From: the human T2T-CHM13v2.0 reference genome, Homo sapiens
Assembly (NCBI RefSeq): GCF_009914755.1
Contig: NC_060926.1
DNA: 64,000 nt
Reading direction: 5' to 3' (one strand)
Part shown: piece after piece, positions 1 through 20,100 of the stretch
Numbering within the stretch: position 1 is the stretch's first letter
How the letters are laid out: the number at the start of each line of letters is the position of its first letter
The notes under the pieces: model-generated
The model's input: the letters and a program-made list of their open reading frames with translations, nothing else
Database searches by the model: none
What the model was told of the DNA's origin: nothing
Translations under genes and position numbers: made by a program

Positions 1-301
1 AGCAGAGGATAAGTAGTTAGCAGAAAAAGAATGCAGCAGAGGTGGAGAAAAAAATAGTTTGTTCCAAGAACTTTATACTTATTATTTCTCTCTTGGAGAT
101 GTCAATGCTATGGATATACCTCAACAGAAACAACAAACTTTCAAAGGCACTGTAGATTTCCATAAACAGTGTATAGCAATTTATCCTATGATTTACATAA
201 GAAAATGTTCAAAGGTTTAGCTACAAGTTTTTTTTTGCCATGTGTTATCTATAATAGAAAAATATTAAATATGTTAAATCTAAGAAAAATTCCCTAAGTA
301 A

Positions 302-630
<329 letters not shown>

Positions 631-676
631 CCATCTAATGGAATATTAAACTCGCATTTTAAAAATATTCTATATA

Positions 677-966
<290 letters not shown>

Positions 967-1279
967 TATTCCATATATATATAATTGTTATCATGGAGTG
1001 ATCTCTAAGCTACACTATTAACTAAAAAGAGCTTGCTATAAGCAATATGCATATAAAATACCATTTAAATAAAAAAAGTGTTTGTGTTTGTAGAGAAAGA
1101 CTTCAAAGCATTGTTACTAAAACACACTTATTGCTTCTGGGCCAAAAGAAATGTGAATAAATAACTTTTACTTTTTTATTCACGTTTTTCTTAGTTGCTT
1201 GAATTATCTACATGATTATGTGTGAACTTTATAAGGATTTTAAAAACCACAATAATATGTTCTGTTATTTAGTTTTTAA

Positions 1280-1577
<298 letters not shown>

Positions 1578-1760
1578 TGTTGTTTGTTTTTTATTATATA
1601 AATTTAAGTGTATAATATGATATTTTGATATACACATACATAGTAAAATAATTACTACAAGTAAGCAATTTAACATATCCATCATCTCATTTAGTTACTT
1701 TTGTGGTTGGGGGAGGATCACCTAAATCTACTGTCTTCGAAAAATGTTAGTATACTATAT

Positions 1761-2119
1761 CAATATGGTTTGGCTCTGTATTCCCACCAAAATCTCATCT
1801 CCAATTGTAATTGCCATAATCCCTACATGTCAAGGGAGGGACCTCGTGGGAGGTGATTGGGTCATGGGGGCGGTTTCCCCCATGCTGTTCTTGTGATAAT
1901 GAGTTCTCACGTGATCTGATGGTTTTATAAGGGGCTCTTCCCCCTTCGCTCTCTTCCTCCATCGCCAAGTAAGACATGCCTGCTTCCCCTTCTGCCATGA
2001 TTGTAAGTTTCCTGAGGCCTCTCCAGCCATGCAGAACTGTAAGTCAATTAAAACTCTTTCCTTTATAAATGACACAGTCTCTGGCAGTTCTTTACAGCAG
2101 TGTAAGAATGACTATTACA
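1761..2119 (+). mobile_element. THE1C/D-like MaLR solo LTR within an L1M fragment (~1580-2240)
   Basis: TATGGTTTGGCTCTGT...CAAAATCTCATCT start, CCTTCTGCCATGATTGTAAGTTTCCTGAGGCC core, ...ACTATTACA end. Confidence 0.88.
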
Positions 2120-2335
2120 AATACGAATAACTAGTCTCATGCTGTACTTTAAGTCTCTTTATTCATCCTATATAACTGCAACTTTGTACACTTGACCTGC
2201 ATCTCTCCATTCCCCTCCCACCCCACCTCTAGTAACCATCTATGGTCCATTTTTTAAAAAATATATATTCAAAGGGGAAAAAAGCTGAAAGCAATGTGTT
2301 AATACTAGTTAATACTAGTATTAAGGGTGGTGGCT

Positions 2336-2373
2336 TCTCCTCCTCCTCCTCCTCCTCCTCCTCCTCCTTCCTC
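2336..2373. repeat. (CCT)n microsatellite
   Basis: About 10 tandem CCT units. Confidence 0.95.
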
Positions 2374-4653
2374 TTTTGCTAGCATTTGTGTTTTCTTATT
2401 TTTCTACGAGGAAAATATGTTACCTGTATAAAAATTTTCTAAAGTTAATATTAAAAGTACTCGAAGGGTAAAGATCTCCTCTATGCAAGGAACTCAGTGA
2501 AAAAAATCCCCAATTAGTGTCAAAGATAAGCAAAACCAACATCAGTTAAAGCAGTAAAAACATTTTATTCAGGACTGCAGTAGAGGAAAGAGCCAAGCTC
2601 CATCCTGCTCAAATGACCTGGGACTTAACTCTCTTTCAAAAATTATGGGATGAAGAATCAGAATGGTGTCCACAGAGAATTTCAATTTAAATGTTATTTC
2701 TAATATTTACTGGCTCCCTTGGCAAGAAGAAAAAATATTATGTTCTTTTAATACCTGGTTTGGGTTGCTCTTACGGACTAGGATGACCTGTTTGCCAATT
2801 CCAGCAAATGGTAGCAGTTTCCTTGTCTCAGACTGCTCTATAAGCTTATGGGGGAAAAAATTAAAAGCAATTAGATTGAGATAGGCTTATAAAACAATGA
2901 AATAAAACTCCAAAAGGAACAGGGGAAGTAATAATTTCTGTGTGATGGCAAATTCTCATTGTATAAAACTCATTTTTAACATGAGTTTTCAGGGTGCTAA
3001 AACTGAAATTAAATTGAGGGTATGCTTAAATACTCTCTCTCAACACCTATTTTAAAACAAAAAGTTAAGTTGACTAAATTAACCTTTTTGAAAAGTTAGC
3101 TATTGTCAAACAAATTCATTTTCTCACAAAATGTACAATTATAATTCTTTAAAATCTGAACAAAGAAGATAAAGGCAATTTAGTTTCAAAACCATAAAAA
3201 TATAATGTTTAAGGTGGCTTCAGATTGATTTTGAAGGCAAATGTAATATTTTCATCTGCTCCTTGGATGTATTTATTTCCTTGGTGCCAAATATTTGTTG
3301 ATTTTGTGTCATTAAACTTAAAATCCAACTTCATGAGCCCAGGGGTGACCAATCTGTGCTGCTTATGGCTCTTCAAAGCTTGTCTAACCTTGCATGTACA
3401 CTTTTTAAATTTTGGATTTGCTTTTACTGTTTAAAAATGCCTTTACTAATTATATAATACCATGAATAAAAAATATATATCCTCCAAAAGACTTAAAATG
3501 ACATTGCAAGGCAGAGATACACAAGAACACTACAACCAACACCAGCAATCTGAGAGGTATTTTTATAACAATCTTTTTTCTTGTGGGGAGGTGGGATGAG
3601 CAGAAGGGAGAATGGGTGAGTAGGGTGGGTCTTTCAATGAATGGCATTGATAAATTCCGACATCTAACCTGAACCATGACTTGCATTAGTTTCTTTAATG
3701 CCAACTTAATGTGGTGGTGTTTTTTTTTAATTAATACTTTAATGGTAGTTGCTTCCTTAAGCATAGCCACATCCTTTAGTAAAGTAAAAGGAAAATGTGA
3801 TTATAATATAAAGCAAATAACAGTGTATGGTTACTGACTCAGAAGAAATCACAGATTGGATATATAGGTCAAGTTTTAAAATGTTGATATGTGACCAAAA
3901 GGGAGTACTACTTAGGCATACCAAGAAGGAACTGGGGAACTCAATGAGAAGCCTCCCATCTCACCCAAAATGGCAGCTCAGTGAGGTGTCTGAATTGGTG
4001 ATGGAAAAGCTGCTGAGACTGGACGCATAAAGCAGTGCCCTGGCCCAGTGGTCCCTAACTCTTTATGGTTCTGTTTGTGGGATTGTGTCTGTTGGTAGTG
4101 GCCTTTTGAACCAGGATCTGTAGGGTCTTCATGTTATTCTCTAGAATAGAATCTAGATTCTACAATCTAGAGTCTAGATTGTAGATTTTAGTGTTTGAGA
4201 GCCTCCAAGCTGCCCAGCTACCAAGTTTGAATTGTGCCCTCTCTCAAGGCTGATGTAGGGGTCCCCTTGTGTTCAACCCAGCTATTATCCAGTCAGATCA
4301 GACCACACTGCAGCATGCCACAGTGTGCCATGAGAAGTGAATGTTGGCTGCCATGTCATCGATCCTTACTGCATAACTCCAGAGATTATACACCAACTAT
4401 TCAAAAGCAGTCCAGGCTTTTCTTTTTTTCTTTTTTTAAATTTATTTTTAATTTTTGTGGGTACATAGTATGTGTATATATTTATGGGGCACATGAGACA
4501 TTTTGAAACAGACATACAATGTGTAATAATTACATCAGGGTGAATGGGATATCTATCACCTCAAGCTTTCATCCTTTGTGTTACAATCAAATAACTTTCA
4601 GTTATTTTAAAATGCACAATAAATTATTGTTGGCTATAGTCACCCTGTTGTGA

Positions 4654-4994
<341 letters not shown>

Positions 4995-5916
4995 TAAGTG
5001 GGAACATGTGAAGTTTGTCTTTTCGTGCCTGGCTTATTTTCTTTAACATAATGACCTCCAATTCAAGCTATGTTGTTGCAAATGATAGAATCTCATTCAT
5101 TTTATGGCGGAATAGTACTCCATTGTGTATATGTAGCACATTTTCTTTATCCATTCCTCTGTTGATGGACACTTATCATGCTTCCAAATCTTAGCTATTG
5201 AGAATAGTGCTTCAATAAAAATGGGCATACAGATATCTCTTTGATATATTGATTTCCTTTCTTTTGGGTATATACCTAGAAGTGAGATTGCTGGATCATA
5301 TGGTAGTTCTATTTTTAGTTTTTTGAGGAACCTCCAAACTGTTCTCCGTAGTGCTTGTACTAATCAACATCCCCACCAATAGTGGAGGAGGGTTCCCTTT
5401 ACTCCGCATCCTCACCAGTATTCATTATTGCCTGTCGAAAAAGCCACTTTTTAAACTGAGGTGAGATTATATATCATTATAGTTTTGGTTTGCATTTCTC
5501 TGATGACCAATGATGTTGAGCACCTTTTCATATGCCTCTTTGCCATTTGTATGTCTTCTTTTGAGAAATGTTATTCACATATTTTAAAATCAGATTCTCA
5601 GATTTCTTTCCTATAGAGTTGTTTGAGCTCGTTATATATTCTGGTTATTAACCCCTTGTCAGATGGATAATTTGCAAATATTCTCTCCCATTGTATGGGT
5701 TTTCTTCTCACATTGTTGATTGTTTCCTTTGCTGTGCAGAAGCTTTTTAACTTTATGTGATTCCATTTCTCCATTTTCACTTTGGTTGCCTATGCTTGTG
5801 GGGCATTACTTAAGAAATCTTTGCCCAGACCAATGTCCTGGAGAGTTTCCCCGAAGTTTTCTTTTAGTAGTTTCATAGTTTGAGGTCTTAGACTTAAGTC
5901 TTTAATCCATTCTGAT

Positions 5917-6254
<338 letters not shown>

Positions 6255-6873
6255 TAGTTTCATTCTTCTGCACATAGATATCCAGTTTCCCCAGCACCAT
6301 TTATTGATGAGACTGTCCTTTCCCCAGTGTATGTTCTTGGCACCTTTGTTGAAAATGAATTACTGTAGATGCATGAATTCCTTTCTTGGTTCTCTATTCT
6401 GTTCTCTTGGTCTATGTGTCTGTTTTCATGTTAGTGTATATGTAGCACATTTTCTTTATCCATTCCTCTGTTGATGGACACTTAGGTTGCTTCCAAATCT
6501 TGGCTGTTGTAGATAGTGCTGCTGTATTGGTTACTATAGCTCTGTAGTATAATTCAAAGTCAGGTAATGTGATTCCTCCAGTTTTATTCCCTTTGCTCAG
6601 AATAGCTTTGGCTATTTGGTTTTTTTGTGGTTCCTTATAAATTTTAGGATTTTTTTTAATTTTTCTTTTTTAATTATACTTTAAGTTTTAGGGTACATGT
6701 GCACAATATGCAGGTTTGTTACATATGTATACACACTCCATGTTGGTGTGCTGCACCCATTAACTTGTCATTTAACATTAGGTGTATCTCCTAATGCCAT
6801 CCCCTACTCCCCCCACCCCACAACAGGCCCGGTGTGTGATGTTCCCCTTCCTGTGTCCATGTGTTCTCATTGT

Positions 6874-10691
<3,818 letters not shown>

Positions 10692-10754
10692 TATGATGTT
10701 AGCTGGTTATTTTGCTCATTAGTTGATGCAGTTTCTTCCTAGCCTCGATGGTCT

Positions 10755-11772
10755 TTACAATTTGGCATGTTTTTGCAGTGGCTGGTACTGGTTGTTCCTT
10801 CCCATGTTTAGTGCTTCCTTCAGGAGCTCTTGTAAGGCAGGCCTGGTGGTGACAAAATCTCTCAGCATTTGCTTGTCTGTAAAGCATTTTATTTCTCCTT
10901 CACTTATGAAGCTTAGTTTGGCTGGATATGAAATTCTGGGTTGAAAATTCTTTTCTTTAAGAATGTTGAATATTGGCCCCCACTCTCTTCTGGCTTATAG
11001 AGTTTCTGCCAAGAGATCAGCTGTTAATCTGATGGGCTTCCCTTTGTGGGTAACCCGACCTTTCTCTCTGGCTGCCCTTAACATTTTTTCCTTCATTTAA
11101 ACTTTGGTGAATCTGACAATTATGTGTCTTGGAGTTGCTCTTCTCCAGGAGTATCTTTGTGGCGTTCTCTGTATTTCCTGAATCTGAATATTGGCCTGCC
11201 TTGCTAGATTGGGGAAGTTCTCCTGGATAATATCCTGCAGAGTGTTTTCCAACTTGGTTCCATTCTCCCCGTCACTTTCAGGTACACCAATTAGACAAAG
11301 ATTTGGTCGTTTCACATAGTCCCATTATTTCTTGGGGGCTTTGTTCGTTTCTTTTTATTCTTTTTTCTCTAAACTTCTCTTCTCGCTTCATTTCATTCAT
11401 TTGATCTTCCATCACTGATACCCTTTCTTCCAGTTGATGGAATCGGCTACTGAGGCTTGTGCATTCATCATGTAGTTCTCGTGCCATGGTTTTCAGCTCC
11501 ATCAGGTCCTTTAAGGACTTCCCTGCATTGGTTATTCTAGTTAGCCATTCGTCTAATCTTTTTTCAAGGTTTTTAACTTCTTTGCAATGGGTTCGAACTT
11601 CCTCCTTTAGCTTGGAGTAGTTTGATCGTCTGAAGCCTTCTTCTCTCAACTCGTCAAAGTCATTCTCTGTCCAGCTTTGTTCTGTTGCTGGTGAGGAGCT
11701 GCATTCCTTTGGAGGAAGAGAGGCGCTCTGCTTTTTAGAATTTTCAGTTTTTCTGCTCTGTTTTTTCCCCAT
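10755..11772 (-). pseudogene. L1 ORF1p, disrupted
   Basis: Begins MGKKQSRKTENSKKQSAS; split over frames (track ORFs 11278-12048 and 11097-11315). Confidence 0.9.
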
Positions 11773-12342
11773 CTTTGTGGTTTTATCTACCTTTGGTCCT
11801 TGATGATGGTGACGTACAGATGGGGTTTTTGTGTGGATGTCCTTTCTGTTAGTTTTCCTTCTAACAGTCAGGACCCTCAGTTGCAGGTCTGTTGGAGTTT
11901 GCTGGAGGTCCACTCCAGACCCTGTTTGTCTGGGTATCAGCAGCAGAGGCTGCAGAACAGTGGATATTGGTGAACAGCAAATGTTGCTGCCTGATCGTTC
12001 CTCTGAAAGCTTCATCTCAGAGGGGTACCTGGCCATGTGAGCTGTCATTCTGCCCCTACTGGGTGTGCCTCCCAGTTAGGCTACTCAGGGGTCAGGGACC
12101 CATTTGAGGAGGCAGTCTGTCCATTCTCAGATCTCAAGCTGCATGGTGGGAGAACCACTACTCTCTTCAAAGCTGTCAGACAAGGACATTTAAGTCTGCA
12201 GAGGTTTCTGCTACCTTTTGTTTGGCTATGACCTGACCCCAGAGGTGGAGTCTATAGAGGCAGGCAGGCTTCCTTGAGCTGCAGTGGGCTCCACCCAGTT
12301 CAAGCTTCCTGGCTGCTTTGTTTACCTACTCAAGCCTCAGCA

Positions 12343-12417
12343 ATGGTGGGTGCCCCTCCCCCAGCCTCGCTGCCGCCTTGCAGTTTGATCTCAGACTGCT
12401 GTGCTAGCAATGAGTGA
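12343..12417 (+). pseudogene. L1 antisense ORF0, truncated by a premature stop
   Basis: ATG ~452 nt from the L1 5' end; reads MVGAPPPASLPPCSLISDCCASNE*, matching the ORF0 N-terminus as I recall it. Confidence 0.8.
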
Positions 12418-13133
<716 letters not shown>

Positions 13134-15489
13134 TATTTTTCTATTTCTGTGAAGAATGTCATGATATTTTGATAGGGATTGCATTGAATCTGTAGATTGC
13201 TTCGAGGAGTAGGAACATTTTAGCAACATTGATCCTTCCAAACCGTTTTCATTTTTTTGTGTTCTCTTCAATTTATTGCATTAATGTGTTATGGTTTTCA
13301 TGGTACAAATCTTTCACTTCTTTGGTGAAGTTCATTTACAGGTATTTTATTTTATTTGTATATATTGTAAATGAGATTATTTTCTTGATTTCTTTTTCAT
13401 ATTGTTTGCTAATGGCATATGGAAAATGCTACTGATTTTTGTATGTTGATTTTGTGTACTGCAACTTTACTGAATTTGTTTATCAGTTCTAATAGTTTTT
13501 TTGGCAGAACCTTTAGGTTTTTCCAAATATAAGCTTATATCATCTGCAAACAAGGATAATTTGACTTCTTCCTTTTCAGTTTGGATGTTCTTTATTTCTT
13601 TCTCTTGTCTGATTGCTGTAGCAAGGACTTCCATTACTATGCTGAATAACAGTGGTGACAGTGGGCATCTTTGTTGTGTCCCAGATCTTACAGGAAAGAC
13701 TTTCAGCTTTTGCCCATTCAGTATGATACTAGCTGTGGATCTACCGTATATGGCCTTTTTGTGTTGTGGTGTGTTCCTTCTATACTCAAGTTTTTGAGGG
13801 TTTTTATCATGAAGGGATATTGAATTTGATCAAATGCTTTTTCAGCATCAATTGAAATGATTATATGGTTTTTGTCCTTCATTCTGGAGATATGATTTAT
13901 CAGGTTGATTGATTATATATGTTAACCATCCTTGCATTGCTGGGATAAATCCCACTTGGTCATGATGAATGATGTTTTTAATATGCTGTTGAATTTGGTT
14001 TGCTAGTATTTTGTTGAGGATTTTTGAATCAATATTCATAAGGGATATTGGCCTGTAGTTTTTTTTTTTTTTAACCTGTCCTTGTCTGGTTTTGGTGTCA
14101 GAGTAATGCTGGCCTCATAGAATGAGTCTGGAAATGTTTTCTCCTCCTCCTCTATTTTTTGGAATAGTTTGAGTAGGACTGGTATTGGTTCTTCTCTAAA
14201 TTTCTCACAATAATCAGCAGTGAAAACATGGGATCCTGGACTTTGCTTAGAGATCTTTTATTATGGCTTCAATATCATTACTCATTACTGGTCTGTTCAG
14301 GTGTTGAATTTCTTCATGGTTCAATCTTTGTAGGTTGTATGTATCTATGAGTTTATCCAGTTCTTCTAGGTTTTCTAATTTATTGGCATACAGTTACTCA
14401 AAGTAGCCTCCATTGATCCTTTGAATTTCTGCAGTATCAGTTGTAATGTCTTCTTTTTCATTTCTGATTTTATTTATTGTGTCTTCTCTCTTTTTTTCTT
14501 AATTAATCTGGCTAAAGGTTTGCCAATTTTGTTTATCTTTTCAAAAAAACAACTTTTCATTTCACTGATCTTCTGTATTATTTATTGTTTCAATTTCATT
14601 TATTTCTGCTCTGATCTTTATTATTTCTTTCCTTCTACTTATTTTGGGTTTTGTTTGCTCTTGCATTTTGAGTTCTTTAAGATGCATCAATAGGTTGTTT
14701 ATTTGAAGTTTTTGTACTGTTTTGATGTAGCCACTTGCTGCTATAAGCTTGGCTCTTAGTACTGCTTTTGCTGTATCTCATAGGTTTTGGTATGTTGTGT
14801 TTCCATTATCATTTGCTTCAAGAAAATTTTAAATTTTCTTAATTTCTTCATTGACTCACTGGTCATTCAGGAGTATAGTGTTTATTTTTCATGTGTTTGA
14901 ATACTTTCCAAAATTTCTCTTGTTATTGATTTCCAGTTTTATTCCATTGTGGTCAGAGAAGATGCTTGATATTATTTCAATTCTTTGAATGTTTTAAGAC
15001 TTGTTTTGTAGTCTAAGATATGATCTATTCTTGAGAATGATCCACGTGCTGAGGAAAGGAGTGTATATTCTGCAGCCATTGGATGAAATGTTCTGTAATA
15101 TCTGTTAGGTCCATTTGCTCTATAGTGCAGATTAAGTCCAATGTTTCTTTGTTGATTTTCTGTCTGGCAGATTTGTCCAATGCTGAAAGTAGGATGTTGT
15201 GGTCTCCAGCTCTTACTGTTTGGGGTCTATCTCTCTCTCTTTTGCTCTAATAATATTTGTTTTCTATATCTGGGTGTTCCAGTGTTGGGTGCATATATAC
15301 TCACAGTTGTTATATCCTCTTGAAGAATCAATCCCTTTATCATTATATAAAGGCTTTCTTTGCCTCTTTTTATAGTTTCTGTCTTGAAGTCTATTTTGTC
15401 TGATATAAATACAGCTACCCCTGCTCTTTTTTGGTTTCCATTGGCATGGAAAATCTTTTCCATTCCTTTATTTTCAGTCTATGCCTGGC

Positions 15490-15718
15490 TTTTGTTTGTT
15501 TGTTTGTTTGTTTATTTTTGAGACAGGGTCTCACTCTGCCCAAGCTAGAGTACAGTGTCATGATCTCAGCTCACTGCAGCCTCCACCTCCTGGGTTCAAG
15601 CAATCCTCCCACCTCAGCCTCCTGAATAACTGGAACTATAGGCACGCACCACATGCCCAGCTAATTTTTGTATTTTTAGTGGAGATGGGGTTTCACTATG
15701 TTGCCCAGGCTGGTCACA
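15490..15718 (-). mobile_element. AluJ-like, truncated
   Basis: (TTTG)n tail; Alu body stops at GGCTGGTC. Confidence 0.88.
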
Positions 15719-16438
15719 AACTTACATCCAACGTTATTGGTAGGTAAGAACTTACTCCTGCCATTTTGTTATTTGTTTTCTGGTTGTTTTGTGGATTTCT
15801 CTTCCTTCTTTCCTATCTTCCTTTAAGTGGAGGTAATTTTCTCTGGTTATATGTTTTAACTTCTTGGTTTTTATTTTTTGTGTGTCTGTTGTATTTTTTT
15901 TTATTTGAGGGTACCATGAAGCTTGCAAATAATGTCTTATAACCTATTATTTAAACTGATGACACTGATTGCATAAACAAATTAACAAACAAGTAAAGAG
16001 ACAACTAATTAAAACTCTACACTTTAACTTCATCCCTCTGCTTTTTAAGTTTTGGTTGTTTCTATTTACATATTATTATTCTATGTCTAGAAAAGTTATT
16101 GTAATTATTATATCTGATAGTTCCATTTTTTAGTCTTTCTATTCAAAATATGAGTAGTTTACACCGACAATTACAGTGTTATAATAGTCTGTGTTTTTCT
16201 GTGTGCTTACTATTATCAGTGAGTTTTGTGTCTTCAGATGATTTCTTATTGCTCATTAACATCCTTTTCTTTCAGATTAAAGAACTCCCTTTAGCATTTT
16301 TTGTAGGATAGGTCTGGCGTTGATGAAATCCCTCAGCTTTTGTTTTTCTGAGAATGTCTTTATTGTTGATTATATAAAGAATAGTATATCTTTCAAACAT
16401 GATTTTGAAGGATATTTTTGCTGGATATACTATTCTAG

Positions 16439-16857
<419 letters not shown>

Positions 16858-18504
16858 CACCTTTGTATGTTATTTGTTTGTTTCTTTTCTATTGCTAATT
16901 TCAGGATCCTTTCTTTATCCTTGACCTTTGGGAGTTTCATTATTAAATGTCTTGAGGTAGCCTTATTTGGGTTAAATCTGCTTGATGTTCTATAACTTTC
17001 TTGTACTTGAATATTGATATCTTTCTCTAAGTTTGGGAAGATCTCTGTGACGGTCCCTTTGAATAAGCTTTCTACCCTGTTCTCTCTCTCTCTCTCTCTC
17101 TCTATCTCTCACTGCCTCCTCTTTAAGGCCAAATAACTCTTAGGTTTGCCCTTTTGAGGCTATTTTGTCTATCTTGTAGGTGTGCTTCATTCTTTTTTTT
17201 ATTCCTTTTTCTTTTTTCTCCTCTGACTCTGTATTTTCCAACAGCCTGTCTTCAAGTTCACTAATTCTTTCTTCTGCATGATCAGTTCTGCTGTTAAGAG
17301 ATTCTGATGCATTCTTTAAAATGTCAGTCATATTTTTCAGCTCCAGAATTTCTGCCCAATTCTTTTAAATTATTTAGATCTCTTTGTAAAATTTATCTGA
17401 TAGGATTCTGAATTTCTTCTCTATGTTATCTTGAATTTTGTTGAGCTTCCTCAAAATAGCTATTTTGAATTCTCTGTCTGAAAGGTTACAAATTTCTGTT
17501 TCTCTGGGATTGGTCACTGGTGCCTTATTTAGTTTGCTTGGTGAGGTCATGTTTTCCTGTATGGTCTTGATGCTTGTATATGTTTGTCAGTGTCTGAGCA
17601 TTAAAAAGTTAGGTATTTGTTGTAGTCTTTGCAGTCTGGGCTTGTTTGTACCTGTCCTTCTTGGGAAGACTTTCCAAGTATTCAAAGGGTCCTGTATATT
17701 GTGATCTAACTCTTTGGTCACGGTAGCCATATCTCCATTAGGGAGCACCCCAAGCCTAGTAATATTGTGGCTCTTGCAGACCCATAGAGGTACTACCTTG
17801 GTGGTCATGGATAAGATCCAGAAGAATTCTTTAAAATCCCATGTAGAGACTCTTGTTCTCTTCTCTTACTTTCCCCCAAACAGAGTCTCTCTCTGTGTGC
17901 TGAGCTGTCTGGAGCCAGGGCAGGGATGACATAAGCACCCCTGGGGCCACCACCACTGGGACTGTGCTGAGTCAGACCTGAAGCCAGCACAGCCCTGAGT
18001 CTCACCCAAGGTCCTCAGAGACTACTGCCTGACTACCACTGCTGATTATTCAGGCTCTTTAGTCAGCATGTAATGAATCTTGCCAGGATGGGGTCCTTCC
18101 CTTAAAGGCAGGAGGTTCCCTACTAGCCCATGGTATGTAGAAATGTTGTCTGGAAACTAGGGCCTGGAATAGGGACCTCAGGACTCTTTCTGATGCCCTG
18201 TCCTACTGTGGCTGAGCTGGTATCCATGTTGCAAGACAAAGTCCTCTTTACTCTCCCCCTCCTCCCCTCAAGAAGAACAAAAGAGTGTCTCCTGGAGCTG
18301 AGAGCTTTCCTATCTGGGGTTGGTGGAGGGGTGGCACAAGCATTCCCTTGGCTGCCCCAGCTGGTGTCTCACCAGGTCACATGCATCCCAAGTCCACTGG
18401 CTCTGAACCCAGGACTTGCCCAGGAATTGCAGTCCTCATGCCTAGACTGCCTTTCAAGTTTATTTAGAACCCCAGAGCTCTTTGGCCCACAGTGGTGAGG
18501 CTTG

Positions 18505-18722
18505 CTGTAATCCCAGCACGTTGGGATGCCAAGGTGTGCAGATTACCTGTCAGGAGTTCGAGACTAGCTTGGCCAACATAGTAAAACCCAGACTGTACTA
18601 AAAATACAAAATTAGCCAGGCGTGGTGGTGCACACCTGTATCACAGCTACTCAGGAGGCTGAGGCAGGAAAATCGCTTGAACTCAGGAGGCGGAGGTTGC
18701 AGTGAGCCTAGAGAGTGCCATT
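18505..18722 (+). mobile_element. AluS fragment truncated at both ends
   Basis: Starts at CTGTAATCCCAGC, ends at GTGCCATT, no tail. Confidence 0.88.
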
Positions 18723-19761
18723 TTGCAGCAACAAGGATTGCTAGCCAAGATCAAAGCTAACATGATCAAGTCCACACTGAAAGTGGGAAGGAAGCTGTGT
18801 TTTTTTATCTCATCGTAGAATATCCCTGCTTCCTTGGTGTCATTATGTAACTACTCTGCCCCTGAGTATCTTGTTACATGAGATAGTAATTGCCCTTAGT
18901 GTTTAAAACAGTGGACTTGTGGTTTTCTGTTACTTGTGGCCCAGAGAATCCTAACTGATACTCAAGGAGAGAGAGAATTTGATTGCCTCAGCTTGGGTTA
19001 ATTAATTAATTAATTAATTTAACCCAATCTTGGGTTCATCATCGGTGGAAGGGAGACAGGGTCATATGTTGCAGACAAAGTCCCTTGGGGCCTACTTTTA
19101 CACATTGGGAATATTCTTAGAAAAGAAGGAATTTGGAGGAGTCAAGCAACTTCCTAAGAAGTGACTACTTAGGAAGTGTAGAAATTCATTGTAGAAATTC
19201 AACCATGAGAACCTGAAAAATAAATAATAAAGGAAGAGGGAGACAGCCTTAAAATTCCTCAGACACAACCAATGTATAGCACTGTTAATACTTTGTGCAC
19301 ATCCCACCATAATTCTTTACTATATACAATATTGACATAGGTAAAGTTATTTAGCAAGATTGAAGAAACCTTCCGGATCACTGAGCCAGACACATATGTC
19401 TGGGGAACTCATGTAGTAACACACTATGGCACATGGCTTTGTCTTTGGGTACTCTCAACAAGTCCTTTGGGTGGTCTCCTCCCAGGCTTTCTTTGCCATT
19501 ACCTACCTCCCTGATGCTAAGACCTTGCTTGCATTCTGGCATCACATAGACCACTCCTCCTGGACCTTACTCTGCGCTTCAAAATTGATTCCTTTCTTTT
19601 CCATGACCCCAGCTACATTTCTATTCCCTCTCTGCCCTGCTCATCTCTGGGTTTCAAGAAGGAAAGAATATAACCAACTCATTCTCACCAAAATGTCAAT
19701 AGTATATTTTCTCTTAACATGTTAATCCTTCAACAGATGTCACTTAGAAAGAGGTTTGCTG

Positions 19762-20100
<339 letters not shown>

